Source: Selaginella moellendorffii (taxonomy: Eukaryota; Plantae; Lycopodiophyta). From it: 64,000 nucleotides of DNA. Positions within the stretch are counted from its first letter, which is position 1; each line of letters starts with the position of its first letter. Location of the stretch: assembly GCF_000143415.4 (NCBI RefSeq), contig NW_003314322.1, forward strand, positions 497,430 to 561,429. Reading direction: 5' to 3'. The position numbers were made by a program, and so were the translations under genes. The notes beneath the pieces were generated by a model. The model made no database searches. It had not been told where the DNA came from and saw only the letters and a program-made list of their open reading frames with translations. Shown piece after piece: positions 48,330-62,224 of this stretch.

Positions 48330-51300
48330 ACATAGATTATTAAAGTAGTTCATTTTTATATGTCAAATTAAGAGTCAATACAATATACAGTGTGAGCATT
48401 GAAATCATGCACTTGGCTGATAATAGTAATTCTTCGTTTCCCATACCCTTAAATTTTTTTAAACATTCTGCTTTCTTTCTTTTTTAATTTTTTTCTTTAA
48501 GTTCATTCTATGTTAAAAAGAACATAACTGCACGGTTTGCTTTTGTACCATTTAATAAATAACTATAATTTATCAATTTTAATCATAATAAAACTGAGCA
48601 AAGGTTTGATGCATTGAAGAATATAAAGTTACACTAGAGAATTATTTATGTTAGTTTGAAATGAAAGTTTAACATAAAAAATTTACCTTTTAGTAGAGGC
48701 TTCTAAACATAAGTTATATTTCTCTTTTAATAGATGTAAATTTCTTATGTGAAAATTTGTTATAGGATATATAGAGTTATAAGCTTAATCATGATAGTTG
48801 CAAAGAGGTTATGTAATATTGGAGTGAGTTTAATTTTGTCATGTTTTGCATAGTTTAATTCTAGAGCACAAAATTAGGAAAACTCTTCAAAAATTATTCC
48901 ATGGTGAGTTTATCTTTGGATTTTCTGTGGAATAACCTTTTTCATTCACATGAAAGAGTATGATCCAAGAGTTAGTGGTTTACTGAGTGTTATAATAATG
49001 TCTTATATATTTATCTTTAAGGTATGAATTAAGTTGTTTTTCCAAAAATATAACAAAGCAAATTGAAAGAAAAAATGTGCCTATTATTATTGCTATTGAA
49101 AATCATTATATGAATCTTCTTCACATGCTCTTCTTCACATGTTCGTCTTTGAACATAAGAGCTCTCAAATCTAGGAGATTGATTGATACATTTTAGTTAT
49201 TGTAACATGTCAAAAAATTTGGGTTGCAAATCAAATTAATAGATATTTGTAGTATACTCTAAAAATATATCTAAAGGTAACTTACAAAAATACCTCTAAA
49301 TGATTTTAAAAATTGCAAAAATGTCTATGGAAGTTTTAAAATTAAAAATATGCCTAAATCAAGCTTTAAAAACTAAAAAATCACATCAAAATAATCTAGA
49401 ACCACTTATAACTTGCTCAAATTAATTGAAAATCAGTTATCAATATATTTATGAGTTGCAACTAATTTTGCAACATCATCTACAATGAAAAATCTACTTC
49501 TCATCCAATATTTTCAATTTGGATGTGCTTATTTTTCAAGTGATCTGGAGGGTAATAGGTTTTTTGTGGCAGTATCTAAACCCTTTAAATCCATTAAATA
49601 TATAATGCTCCTCAATTAAGTAGCATGGTGAATATAGTGTTAAACACTCACATTAGTAAAAACTTGTTAATAACACAAAAGCATATGTACTATTGGTTTT
49701 CTACTAGCCAAAATAAGAGTAAGTTTTCTCCATGAATTTCACGATACAAAATATGCATGTTAGTATGTATTTTAAATACCTTCATACTTTCTAATTGAAC
49801 ACGATAAAAATAGCCACTATTATATATTTCATGATTTAGCTTTTTACTGTTTCAAAAGACTCATAATTACTAATCCCTTATATCACACACCTACGCTAAA
49901 ATAATCAATTTTGAAATTTGTTTGTTAAATTGCCATTTGAGTTGATACTAAAGAAGTGTTGTATCTTTTTACATTCAGTGTGGTTAATGATGCAAATTAG
50001 ACATACTTTTTACATAAATTGAAAATGTATAGCTAAAGCATTTAGCAAAGAAGTTCCAAAACGAATTCAAAAGTTTAAAGCCATCTCCTTTGGAAAATAA
50101 TTTAAACTATTTTTTTAATTGATTTCAAGGATGTTATGTAGGTGATATATGAAAAAAAATTCAACATAGCAATTTATATATTAGCAATTACAAATAAAAG
50201 ACATTGACCAATTACTTTTCTCGAGGGTGAAATATTTAACATCCAACATCATTAAATTCTTCTTCAACTCAATCTTTTATCAAAGTAATGCTTTATAAGA
50301 TGCATTAAATTTAAATCTACCAAAGGTTTGCAAATTTAAAAGTGTTAATAAAGCATTTATCATTTTTCTATAATCAATCAAAGAGAACAATTTGAGAAAT
50401 GATCCATAAAAGTTTAAATATAAAAAGAAAATGGCTCATGAATACAAATACACTTTTTTTTCAATTGGTTTAAAGCTATTAAGATATTTAGGGTTAAACA
50501 TCTTTGGGTTTAGTGGGTGACTTCTCAGGAAATCTAAATTCAAAAGTTTGCATTCTTTTTAGAAGGAAATACTACAATTGCTTATAATGAATTTTCGATA
50601 ATGAACTATAAATTTAAGTTATCATTAAGAATGATAATAGCTTTTTTGCACTCTTGCCATCCTTTTATATAAAATATATTCACACCATCTTTTAGTTAAA
50701 CTTTTCTACTCATGTTTTTTATTTTAAACATATGCTTTTTCACTAAATTTTGATAGAACCTATTAGCAATTTGAATGGAAAGAACTTCTTTATTTTCCAA
50801 ATGTATAGCTCCACTATATTTATAATTGCTTGTGCATGGAATAAAGTGGCTTTCTTTCCAGTATATTTAGAATTGTTTGTGAATGAAATAAAATAGACCT
50901 CTTTCTAATATTAAATTATGAAGTTTAATGACAATTTTTATTCTTATGATATCTTATATATTTATTTTTATATGATCCAATCACAAATAACTTAAAATCT
51001 CAATAAATAGCCTTTTGCTTTTTTTTCTTGTGAACTTCCTTGATTAAGTCAAAATACATTTTAGCATTAATTAGGTGAATTTTAGTAATTTTATAATTTG
51101 TAAGAGAATAAAAATGTTAAAATATTTTTTTACTAAATATTAGAATAATGTAAAGTTATAGTGAACATAAATGGAAAGGAATAAAGTAAAGTTAAAGGTG
51201 TACATAAGTTTTTTTTTTCAAATTAATATGTAGAATAAATAAATAATACTATATCAAAAGGTGATTTTATATAAATTAATGCAAAATTTAAGTAATATTC

Positions 51301-52110
51301 TCCCTCATAAAGGTATTTTCTAATACTTCACATTAAAAAATTTATAATTTATTCATATAAAAGATAAATTTATAAAATTTCTTTAAATAGAGAGAGAAAT
51401 AAATAATTTTAAAATTTCACCAATACTTTTTATGAAAAACAAAATCACATTTAATGAATTTCATTAATATTTTTATGCCCTTGCTAAATATAATTCATGA
51501 TAACCTACATAATATATATCAAAATTTAGTATTATAATTATACTTATTTAAATTTTTATTTAATGTCATAAATTTTCTTTAAATTTTATAAATAAAAGTA
51601 ATATTTATTGTGACATGTATTTAATAGAGATATTAGGTAGTCATGTCAAAAGAATTAGAATGAATTTATGTTTAAAATAGATATTTAATTTGAGTATCAG
51701 AAAATAAGTTTTTATTAAGTGTATATAGAATAAATTTTTAGCAATATTTTTTATTTTCTTTAGAAAACTTGTACAAAATAAAGTGTAAATAATATATTTT
51801 AAATTTATAAATAAAATTTTTATAAATTTATAATTGGCCATTTTCTTTATGTTTTTTGTTGTTATATTTTAATATAAATCTTATTTAAATTAATACGTAA
51901 TTAACAATACTTAGCTTTTTTATTAACAAAATTTTTAAATATAATACCTAAATATCTATTCAATTTAATATTTATAATTTTCTTTATTAAATTTTTAACT
52001 TTTTTATTTTTAATTTGCAAATACTTTTTTGATAGTGCTAATTTTTCTATACCTTTAGTTGTTTTCTTAATCAAATATATTTTATCTTGAACTTTGACTT
52101 GATGACTTTT
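48330..52110. other. ~3.8 kb extremely AT-rich, ORF-free island (probable decayed mobile/foreign DNA)
   Basis: Abrupt composition change; e.g. only 5 G/C in the 60 nt starting at 51541; no ORF >70 aa. Confidence 0.75.
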
Positions 52111-52116
52111 GTGTCC

Positions 52117-52305
52117 AGAAAAGAAGTTGTGAGGCCAGCACGTACCAATTTCAGTCCGACAACTCGTTCTTCGCTTCTTTGCCTGCCATGCTCCTCAAGT
52201 CTGGCGCGGTCCTTCAAAGATTTGTGATGTGGCCTTGGATTCCTTTGGAGAGAGCGATGAGCACTTGCATTGATCCCTCAAACAATGCGTGGCGAACTGG
52301 GGAGT
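52117..52305 (+). repeat. Diverged direct repeat, copy 2
   Basis: Matches 47168-47385; here it encodes the N-terminus of the PPR-DYW protein. Confidence 0.85.
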
Positions 52306-54734
52306 TCCGGGGCAGCCTGATCGAGAGAATCCAGCAGCAACAGCAGCTGGAAGATGTTCTGGATCATCTGGAGAGGGCGGAGCTCTTTCCAGAGATCACC
52401 CTCTACGCCCAGCTGCTCAAAACGGCCATCGCCTTGAGCTCTCTTTCTACCGGCATCAGGATCCACGAGCAAATCTCTCGGAGCGGATTTCAAAGGAACG
52501 GATTGTTGGGGAACTTGCTGCTCCAGATGTATGTCAAGAACAGTCTGATTGATACAGCTGGTAAGCTTTCCATTGACAAGTCAGAGTGGGGAGTTCTATT
52601 GTGGACTAACGCTATTGCGGCATATGCCCGGAGAGGGTATATGCAAGAGGCGCTGCGGCTGTTCCAGGAGATGCTGCTCGAGGCCTCTGCTAGGCCGGAC
52701 GGGGTGGTGTTCGTCACGGTTCTTGGAGCCTGCCGGAGCCTCGACTATGGTAAGACGATTCACGCTTGCATTTGCGAGCACGATCTCGAGCTTTCGAACG
52801 TAGTCGTGAACACTGCTCTCATGAACATGTATGCCAGGTGCGATAGCGTGGAGGACGCGAGGAGGGTCTTCAACCAGGCCAAGCACGATCGAAACGTGAT
52901 CATGTACACGACCATGATCGCGGCTTACGCCGAGATCGAGCAGTGCAAACCCGAAGCCGTTCGTTTCTTCCGGGAGATGCAGCAAGAAGGCGTGTTGCCC
53001 GATAAGATCTGTTTCGTGGCGACGCTCAACGCTTGTGGTGGTGCCTTGGCAGACTTGCGACTCGGGAAGTTGATCCACTCGTGCGTGCTCGAGGCCGGAT
53101 TGGAATCCAACACAGTGGTGGCCACAGCTCTCGTCAACATGTATGGAAAAGCCGGTTGTTTGGACGAGGCCACCAGAGTTTTCAGGGGACTAGGGAGGAA
53201 AGACTTGGTTTCCTGGACTGCTCTCATGTCTGCTTACTCAAGGGAAGATCTTTACAGGGAAGCACTGCAGCTGTTTCGAGAGATGACTCTACATGGCGTG
53301 AAGCTCAACGAGGTTGGCTACATCTCGGTTCTCGACGCATTTGGCTGTCCAGACGCTCTAGCAGCCGGGCGAAGCGTGCACGAATGCATACTGGAAACCG
53401 GGTATGCTTTTAGCGTCAACGTCGCAAACGCAGCAATCAGGATGTTCGGCCGCTGCTCGAGCGTCCAAGACTCTTGGAACGTTTTCGAGAAGATGGCAGT
53501 CAAGGACGTGATCTCCTGGACCAACATCAGCACGACGCTCGTCCAGCATGACCGCTGCAGCAGCGTCATCCAGCTCTACAGATTGATGCAGCTTGACGGG
53601 ACAAAGCCGGACAGGAGCTACTTTGCATTCTTGCTTCAAGCCTGTGCGACTTTATCCGCGGCTGCCGAGGGCCGGCTCGCTCACCGGCGGATCCAAGAGT
53701 GCGGCTACGACTCCAGCGACGGTGTTCTCGGCCTTGGGATCATCAACATGTATGGGAAGTGTGGGAACTTACGAGCAGCACACGAAGTGTTCGATGGAAT
53801 GAGCGAAAGGGACACTGTGGCGTGGACGACGATCATCTCAGGCTATGCTCACCACGGCCACTCGGAGGAGTCTCTTCTGATGTTTTGGAGAATGCAACAG
53901 GACGGTTCCAAGCCGGACGGCGTCAGCCTCTTGTGCGTGCTCTCGGTGTGCAGCCATGCCGGCTTGGTAGAACAGGGATGGGACTTCTTCCTCGACATCA
54001 CCAAAGAGTTTGGAGTGGAGCCAGGAGAGAAGCACTATGGCTGCATGATCGATCTTCTCGGGCGCTCGGGTGACTTGGAAGCGGCCGAGGTTATGATCCG
54101 GAGGATGCCGTTCCAGGCGACTGCTATGAATTGGGCGATCTTCCTGGCGGCATGCAAAGTCCACAGCGACACCGAGCGAGGCAAACGAGCAGCCGAGAAG
54201 GTGTTGGAGCTAGAACCGGTCCCCGCAGCGTACGTGAGCCTGTCAAACATTTATGCTGCTGCTGGAGAGTGGGATCAAGTCGATCGCGTGAGAAGTGCGA
54301 TGAAGGCAATGGGATTGCAAAAGGATCCAGGACGGAGCTCCATCGAAGTGAACAGCCGAGTTCACGAGTTCTGGGCCGGCGATAAGTCGCATCCTCGAGC
54401 AGCTGAGATCTACGGATTGCTGGAAAGCTTGACGAGGCAAATGGAGGGGTCGGGCTACGTGCCAGACACGAAGCTGGTGCTGCTCAACGTGAGCGAGGAG
54501 CAGAAAGAGAGGCTGCTTTGCTTCCACAGCGAGAAACTCGCCATAGCTTTTGGTCTTCTCAGCACACCCGCAGGAAGCTCGTTGCGGATCATCAAGAACC
54601 TCCGGGTGTGCGGGGACTGCCACACCGCCGCAAAGTTCGTCTCCAGGATTGCTGGACGAGAGATCTTCATGCGGGATTCTCAACGCTTTCACCACTTCCA
54701 GGATGGCCACTGTTCTTGTGGTGATTACTGGTAA
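52188..54734 (+). CDS. PLS-class PPR-E-DYW RNA editing factor
   Basis: PLS repeats, PGRSSIEV (PG box), HSEKLA and CGDCH zinc ligands, terminal CSCGDYW*. Confidence 0.96.
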   Translation: MLLKSGAVLQRFVMWPWIPLERAMSTCIDPSNNAWRTGEFRGSLIERIQQQQQLEDVLDHLERAELFPEITLYAQLLKTAIALSSLSTGIRIHEQISRSGFQRNGLLGNLLLQMYVKNSLIDTAGKLSIDKSEWGVLLWTNAIAAYARRGYMQEALRLFQEMLLEASARPDGVVFVTVLGACRSLDYGKTIHACICEHDLELSNVVVNTALMNMYARCDSVEDARRVFNQAKHDRNVIMYTTMIAAYAEIEQCKPEAVRFFREMQQEGVLPDKICFVATLNACGGALADLRLGKLIHSCVLEAGLESNTVVATALVNMYGKAGCLDEATRVFRGLGRKDLVSWTALMSAYSREDLYREALQLFREMTLHGVKLNEVGYISVLDAFGCPDALAAGRSVHECILETGYAFSVNVANAAIRMFGRCSSVQDSWNVFEKMAVKDVISWTNISTTLVQHDRCSSVIQLYRLMQLDGTKPDRSYFAFLLQACATLSAAAEGRLAHRRIQECGYDSSDGVLGLGIINMYGKCGNLRAAHEVFDGMSERDTVAWTTIISGYAHHGHSEESLLMFWRMQQDGSKPDGVSLLCVLSVCSHAGLVEQGWDFFLDITKEFGVEPGEKHYGCMIDLLGRSGDLEAAEVMIRRMPFQATAMNWAIFLAACKVHSDTERGKRAAEKVLELEPVPAAYVSLSNIYAAAGEWDQVDRVRSAMKAMGLQKDPGRSSIEVNSRVHEFWAGDKSHPRAAEIYGLLESLTRQMEGSGYVPDTKLVLLNVSEEQKERLLCFHSEKLAIAFGLLSTPAGSSLRIIKNLRVCGDCHTAAKFVSRIAGREIFMRDSQRFHHFQDGHCSCGDYW

Positions 54735-54964
54735 CAACATAAGCATCAGAGAAACTGTGATCGATCTGCAATATGTCGGGATAGCTACACATCGTCCATA
54801 GCCAGAGCAAACTGACGAATGCCCTGGGGCTTTGTCTCGTCCTCCAGTGTAAGTTCGTTTCCATCATCCTTGATCCTCCTCCAGTGCTACCACGCATCAT
54901 CAAACAGCTCCGCCGTTGTCACAACACGGTGTCACAATGTATAGCTCTACTTGTTTACCGCTCG

Positions 54965-56231
54965 TCACGCCAAATCTCTCCATGACTTCCAGCACTGCAC
55001 TCGGTACGAGGCCATGAACAATTGCAGCACCAACACCGTGCTTTCGTCACACAGGTGCGAGAGCTTGAAAGCCTGGACAGATCCCTCGCTCCTGACATTC
55101 TCCAGACAAAAGATCACGTCCTAGCAGTCATCCGGGGCGTCGCCCGCTTCCGCGATGGTCCTAGGAGCCCCAAACTCGAAGAGCGCCATGAAGGTTTTCG
55201 CCTGGCGATAGCCCACCTGATCGAAAAGCGCGCGAGCTCGGTACATCCGCACCCCGGTTGCGTGCTTCTGGAAGGCCGATCCAAGCAATGCGCTCTTGAG
55301 AGCTCCAAATGGTCCCAGGACGACTTGAGCTGGAGGAAACGCCGCAACTCGACGTTGTGCTAGTCCCGAAGTCCCTCGTAGATGGCGTGCTTAACGTAAG
55401 GCGATGCAAACATGAGATCAGAGTCCTCATACCCGACGACCACCTTCATGTAGAGGAGATCGAGTGCTGGAAACACGCCTTCTCGCTCTTGTGTGATCAC
55501 GGAAACGAGTTCTTGCATAGACGATACGCCTCCAATAACTTTGGTTAGCTCTGAACGATCGACGTCCTCCAAAACTCTCCATGGTATACTGCCGATACTT
55601 CGTTTTCACGTCATCCAGATCGCTACCTGACGACTCCTCAAAATCTTTGTAATTCGCCCTTACCGGCGTGGAAGCGAATGCCTGTTTTGAGGTCGACCAA
55701 AAGGTCAGGAAGCGATCCATCGGCAAGGAACCACCTGGTCAAGTTACACATCGTCGTAGCTTGAGACACGATAGCCGTTGGCTGCATCGCAACCAAAGTA
55801 GTAGACGTTGCCACCTTTGGTCCTGAAGAATCTTCGCTGTTAGATCCACGAGGGCGTATAGAAGAAACGCAGGATCGCGTTCTTGTCATTGGGTTTGCCG
55901 AGACCACGATCTTGTAGTACTGCCTCTCCAAAATCTTCATCTGCTTTCCCCAGATCTTCTTGCTGGAGAGATCGAGAAAGCGGAGTGTCGGCAAAACTGA
56001 AGAGCTCTATACAGGAAAGCAGCATTCCGAAATTTAGCAAAGACAAAAAATCACAGAACACTGGTCAATAGCATTTTTCTTTTCGAGAGTAACAGATTTC
56101 CACACAAACTTCTGTTGAGCGAGTTGCTCCAACCTTGATTCTCTTTCGACTTTTTGAGGAAAGAGTTTTAACGGAGTACGCATAATTACTGGCAGCCAGA
56201 AACATGTTCTCCCCAACACAGACCACTCCAT
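54965..56231 (-). pseudogene. Decayed Crinkler/RHS-type (CR-NTPase + REase) gene
   Basis: Ordered fragments across frames: KILERQYY, WFLADG (Walker B-like), ASTPVRANYKDFEE, LLYMKV..FASPYVKHAIYEGL..ELRRFL, LLGSAFQKHA, VLVLQLFMAS. Confidence 0.55.
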
Positions 56232-56661
56232 TGTCTAGACGATCAGAGTGTTCAAAATCAGTCAGGCGTCAGAGTGAACCTGACGCTGATTGAAATAAAG
56301 GAGCCACACTAACAGAAACGCAAACATTTTTTGATTAACTTGTATTCCAATCAAGTCCCCCATGAGTTGTTCCAAGTCCCTCTTCCAGTCTCTTGGATAG
56401 TGTTAGTCGCATACAGATAGTTCCAAGCGTCGTTATGCACAGGGCTTCCATTCTCGTCACCACTCGCATATACGAATCGCAGTGTTCTCGTCCTCCCGAA
56501 TGCCAACACATCGACGACTTCGCAACCGATCGACACGACCTTCAACATAGGCCCCGCCGCCAAAACTCTTTGATTTAAACGTATAAATTTTGTTTTAATA
56601 TAACAGTACTGTTCTCAGAAATGGAGAAAGAAATGTAGCTGAGCTTTCATGTCAACCTAAT

Positions 56662-57991
<1,330 letters not shown>

Positions 57992-58104
57992 CTACTTCCC
58001 ATCCGCAATTGGAGGTGAATATAAAGACCTCCATTCCGCGGGCTGTTTCGTATCCGCTACCTTTGTCCCTTCCAGAAAGTAGAGAAATTAATTTGCTACA
58101 AAGA

Positions 58105-59043
58105 CAAATTATTATTAGTGAAGATCCAGATGTGCATTTTGGATCCACTCTCTAACGTGCGAGAGTTGGCGAGGAAAAAACGCCATGCAGTTGATTCTTT
58201 CTTTCAATCTCCAGACCTTCATTGGAGAGAGTGATCCCAAGAGTATTCGAAGTTCTGGAGCCTGGGATGGGAACGATGTCGTCGCCTTGGTGCTAGACCC
58301 AAGCCAGAGCAAGCTGCCCAGAAGTGCAATTCATTCTCGCAGCTATCTTGCAGAACTTCTCGTATATGGCTTTGTTCCGCTCCATCTCTCCTTGAAACCT
58401 CGGCATGCTTGAGAAAAGGGGAGTAAAACTGAAATCATCGTCACCAATTTCTTCCACCACGGCGAAGTATCCTCGTCCGCAAGTTGCAAAGATTTCTTCC
58501 TCAATGTCACGGCTCTAAAGAGACCACTCGATCTGGACACCAGTGATTGGATGAATCGCGTAAACTACACGGATATCTGCAGCCGACACTTCCGAGAGTC
58601 CTAAGTATTTCACTTTTCCTTCCTCCACGAGCTCTTTCATTGCCCCAACCTTCATAAATTTGCGCATACTATAATCACGGCCATATGCCAATGAGATTTT
58701 CATTTGCACGGCTTCTTTCTTTTGCCTCTTTTCGTTTTGCTCTAGCCTCAGGCGATCAAAGGCATTCGGGACAAAGTCCAACTCGCTACAAAATCTGGAG
58801 TGACTCTTCCCGAAGGCGGGTGGCATGGCCATCCGAGGCGATCCCGCTTACGTCCGTGCTGCTTGCCTGAAAAGACTCCAGGTCGACTGCATTGATCTCT
58901 ACTATCAACATCTAGTTGATCTCAATGTTCAGGTCGGTTTGCGAATGACATGGATAATTTCTTTGGAAGGCCATAGATGTGAAGAAGCGTCCCCTGTTTT
59001 GAAGGCCCTGAGAGCCGAGCTTTACTCTAACTTCCATCGCCAT
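58105..59043 (-). pseudogene. Aldo-keto reductase pseudogene B with internally inverted exon 2
   Basis: Exon 1 remnant ([14 protein letters not shown]) and exons 3+ on minus strand; exon 2 ([24 protein letters not shown]) on plus strand ~58750-58930; frameshifts. Confidence 0.85.
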
Positions 59044-59050
59044 GGAAAAT

Positions 59051-59160
59051 ATCCGACCGGTCCGACCGGTCGGAACGGCCGAACGCGGTCGGAATTCCCG
59101 GTGTCGGCCGACCGCGGCCGACCGCGGCCTGTGTGAGCTGATTGAATCAGAGTGGTTCTT
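59051..59160. repeat. GC-rich CCGACCG/CGGTCGG palindromic repeat element, copy 1
   Basis: atccgaccggtccgaccggtcggaacggccgaacgcggtcggaa...gtgtcggccgaccg...agctgattgaatc. Confidence 0.75.
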
Positions 59161-59593
59161 TCTCTCGCGCTTGAAGAAATTCTAAATTTTGCAGCTTCGG
59201 AACAGTCTTAAAAAGATCATGCTCGTGATAATGAAGCTTCACGATCCATAACCAAGTTACCATCAACAGATGACGAATCTATTCAATTTGGACCGCAGTT
59301 ACGAGAGCTCGATGGATAACCCACCTGTGTGGATCACTGTATTAAACTTCACCGTGATTTCGGAAGAAACCCAATGAAGTCTACCTGAAGCATTGCCTCC
59401 AAGTAAGCGGGTACATTCTAGTTCTTCAGGGAAGCTTCTTCCCGCGTTTTCCAGACCACCATGAATCCGCTGGATCTAACTTCGTGAGCTTGAGCACGAG
59501 ACCTTCGTACAGTTCTTCACAGAGATCGGCCAAAACTCGCGAGTCAATTCCCCTGGCTCGAGAAAGGATCTTATAAACTGCTCTATACGGCAC

Positions 59594-60837
59594 TTAGGAA
59601 GAAAGAGGTGGTGTTGTCGCGAATCGCCAAGTCCTGGCCATGGACATATCACCATAGCGATCTCCCTTCACTCCGGCAACCGCATTTTCAATCTCGTTCA
59701 TCTCCACCTTTGAAAGGGTCAGGTCCAGCGATCTAATGTTTTCCTTGAAGTTATTGAGCTTGGTGGTGCCTGGAATGGGGACAACGTCAACGCCTTGGTG
59801 TTGAACCCAAGCCAGAGCAAGCTGCCCTGTGGTGCAGTTCTTCGTGGCCGCTATCTTGCACAGCTTCTCGTAGATGACTTTGTTGTGTTCCAGGTTCTCA
59901 CCTTGGAACCTTGGGACTAGCTGCTCGAGAAAACATGTTAGTTAGAATCAGCTTGAACTGTAAAGAGTACATCCAAAGCTTGCCTTGCGAAAATCTCCAT
60001 CGCCAATCTCTTCTACGATGGCTTTTCCAGAGAAGAATCCTCGTCCAAGAGGACTATAAGAAACTATTCCGATTCCAAGTTCCCTGCAACTCAAGACTTG
60101 ATCAAAACTTTGAATGGCAACGATCAGCTCACCCAACCTGCAAGTTGGAATAACGTCCTCCTCGACATCTCTACTCCAAAGGGACCATTCGAGCTGAACA
60201 GCAGTGATAGGATGGACTGCATGGGCTCGGCGAATATCTGCAGAAGAAGCCTCAGATAAGCCCAGATACTTCACTTTTCCTTCCTCCACCAATTTCTTCA
60301 TCTCTCCGACCTTTCAAAACCAATAAAACCATCCATATCCGTATAGAACAGCGAGAAAAAATAAAATAAAATTCTAGAACAGTACCGTGATTTCGATGGG
60401 AACTTTTGGATCCACACGGTGCTGATAGTAGAGATCGATACAATCCACATCCAGCCTCTTCAAGCTGCCCTCGCAAGCAGCACGGACGTAAGCTGGATCA
60501 CCACGGATCCCTTGATTCCCCTTCTCGTCCACGAAGAATGCAAACTTGGTGACCACTTGGACCTTGTCCCTGATACCCTTGATCGCCTAGAAGCCGAAAA
60601 AAATCCACGAAATGCTTAGCCAAATCCTACCTTGCCGACGAGGACTTCGTTGGTGTGAGGCCCGTACTTGTCCGCAGTGTCGAGGAATGTGATCCCCGAC
60701 TCGATCGCCGTACGAATGAGCTTGATCATCTCCTCCTGCGGCTTGGGAGGGCCGTAAAATGCCGACATTCCCATGCATCCGAGGCCTTGCTTGGAGACCT
60801 CGAGACCTTGAGATCCGAGGTTGATGCGCTGCACCAT
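59594..60837 (-). CDS. Aldo-keto reductase copy C, intact
   Basis: [66 protein letters not shown]; one GC-AG intron. Confidence 0.92.
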
Positions 60838-61019
60838 TGCCAAGCAAAAAACCCTTTTTCTTCGCCAAATCTAGATTGCATAAAGACCATTCCCTTCGTT
60901 CGTATCCGCATCCTTCGTGCCTTCCTGGAAGTGGAGAAATTAATTTGCTCTACTTAGTGCATTGTAGTTGCTTCTTCTTAGCGAGTGCAAAGCATTTTTT
61001 TTTTTTTTTTCCAGAGGTG

Positions 61020-61962
61020 AGGATCGACTGTCTAGCTTGTGAGAGGTGGCGAGGAAAAACGCCATGTAGCTGTTACATAGTTTTCGCTGATTCTTTCTCC
61101 CTTGAAAGAGCCCACTCTTTCAATCTCCTCTAGATCTTCCTTGGAGAGAGAGAGCTCAAGAGAAGCTAGATTCTGTTCGAAGTTCTGGAGCTTGGTGGTG
61201 CTTGGAATGGGAACAACGTCATCACCTTGGTGCTGGACCCAAGCCAGAGCAAGCTGCCCGGAAGTACAATTCTTTCTCGCAGCTAGCTTGCAGAGCTTCT
61301 CGAATATGGCTTTGTTGCGCTCTAGGTTCTCTCCTTGAAACCTCAGAAGGGTCTGTGGGTGACATGCTTGGGAGTAACGGAAGCCACCACGGCCTTTCCC
61401 GAGAAGAATCCTCGTCCAGGACTGTATATAACAATTCCAATTCCTAGCTCCCTATGATCAGATCAGCAGCAAAGCTGGTAAACACGTCGATGATTCGAGC
61501 TTTGCTTACCTGCAGGAATGATTTCTTCCTCGATGTCACGGCTCCAGAGAGACCACTCGATCTGAACAGCAGTGATTGGATGAATCGCTTGAGCTCGACG
61601 GATATCTCCAGCCGACGCTTCCGAGAGTTCACTTTTCCTTCCTCCACGAGCTCTTTCATCGCCCCAACTTGTGCATGAGATCATCATAAGTTTGCGCATA
61701 CTATAATCACAGTACGAACTTACTGTCACCTCGATTGGAACATTGAGATCAACTCAGTGTTGATGGAGTCGACCTGGAGTCTTTTAAGGCTGGCTACGCG
61801 GACGTAAGCGGGATCGCCTCGGATGGCCATGCCACTGAAATCGCCGCCTTCGCGTTCGGGAAGAGTTACTCCAAATTTTGTAGCGAGTTGGATTTTTTCC
61901 CGAATGCCTTTGATCGCCTGAGGCAAGAGAAAAACGAAGAAAGTTGCGCCTCCATAGCCATG
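61020..61962 (-). pseudogene. Aldo-keto reductase pseudogene D
   Basis: Exon 1 almost deleted, LYYQH deleted, frameshift at GKV-KYLG, PIPSTTK. Confidence 0.85.
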
Positions 61963-62224
61963 TAAAGAAAACGAGCGAACATCACGAACAAAAGCCGAGC
62001 TTTACCAAACGAACAGAACGCTAGATAGAACGAAACGAAGAAAGTTGCGCAGAAAAAGGTGATGGATTGCGTATGGCTTCGTCATCGCGCTTTCGTCGAG
62101 CTTCGTCCAAGCGCCAAGGACTTAAATGATTCCCTGTTGCCACAACTTGTCCAATCCAACCAGTATATTTCTCCACGCCCACAAGTCGTCCACCGAGATA
62201 GGGGAGAACGCTATGCACAAAGAA

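Noticed and set aside
56351-56563. WNNSWGT resembling the papain-family NSWG motif
   Set aside because: Single short motif without the catalytic Cys/His context.
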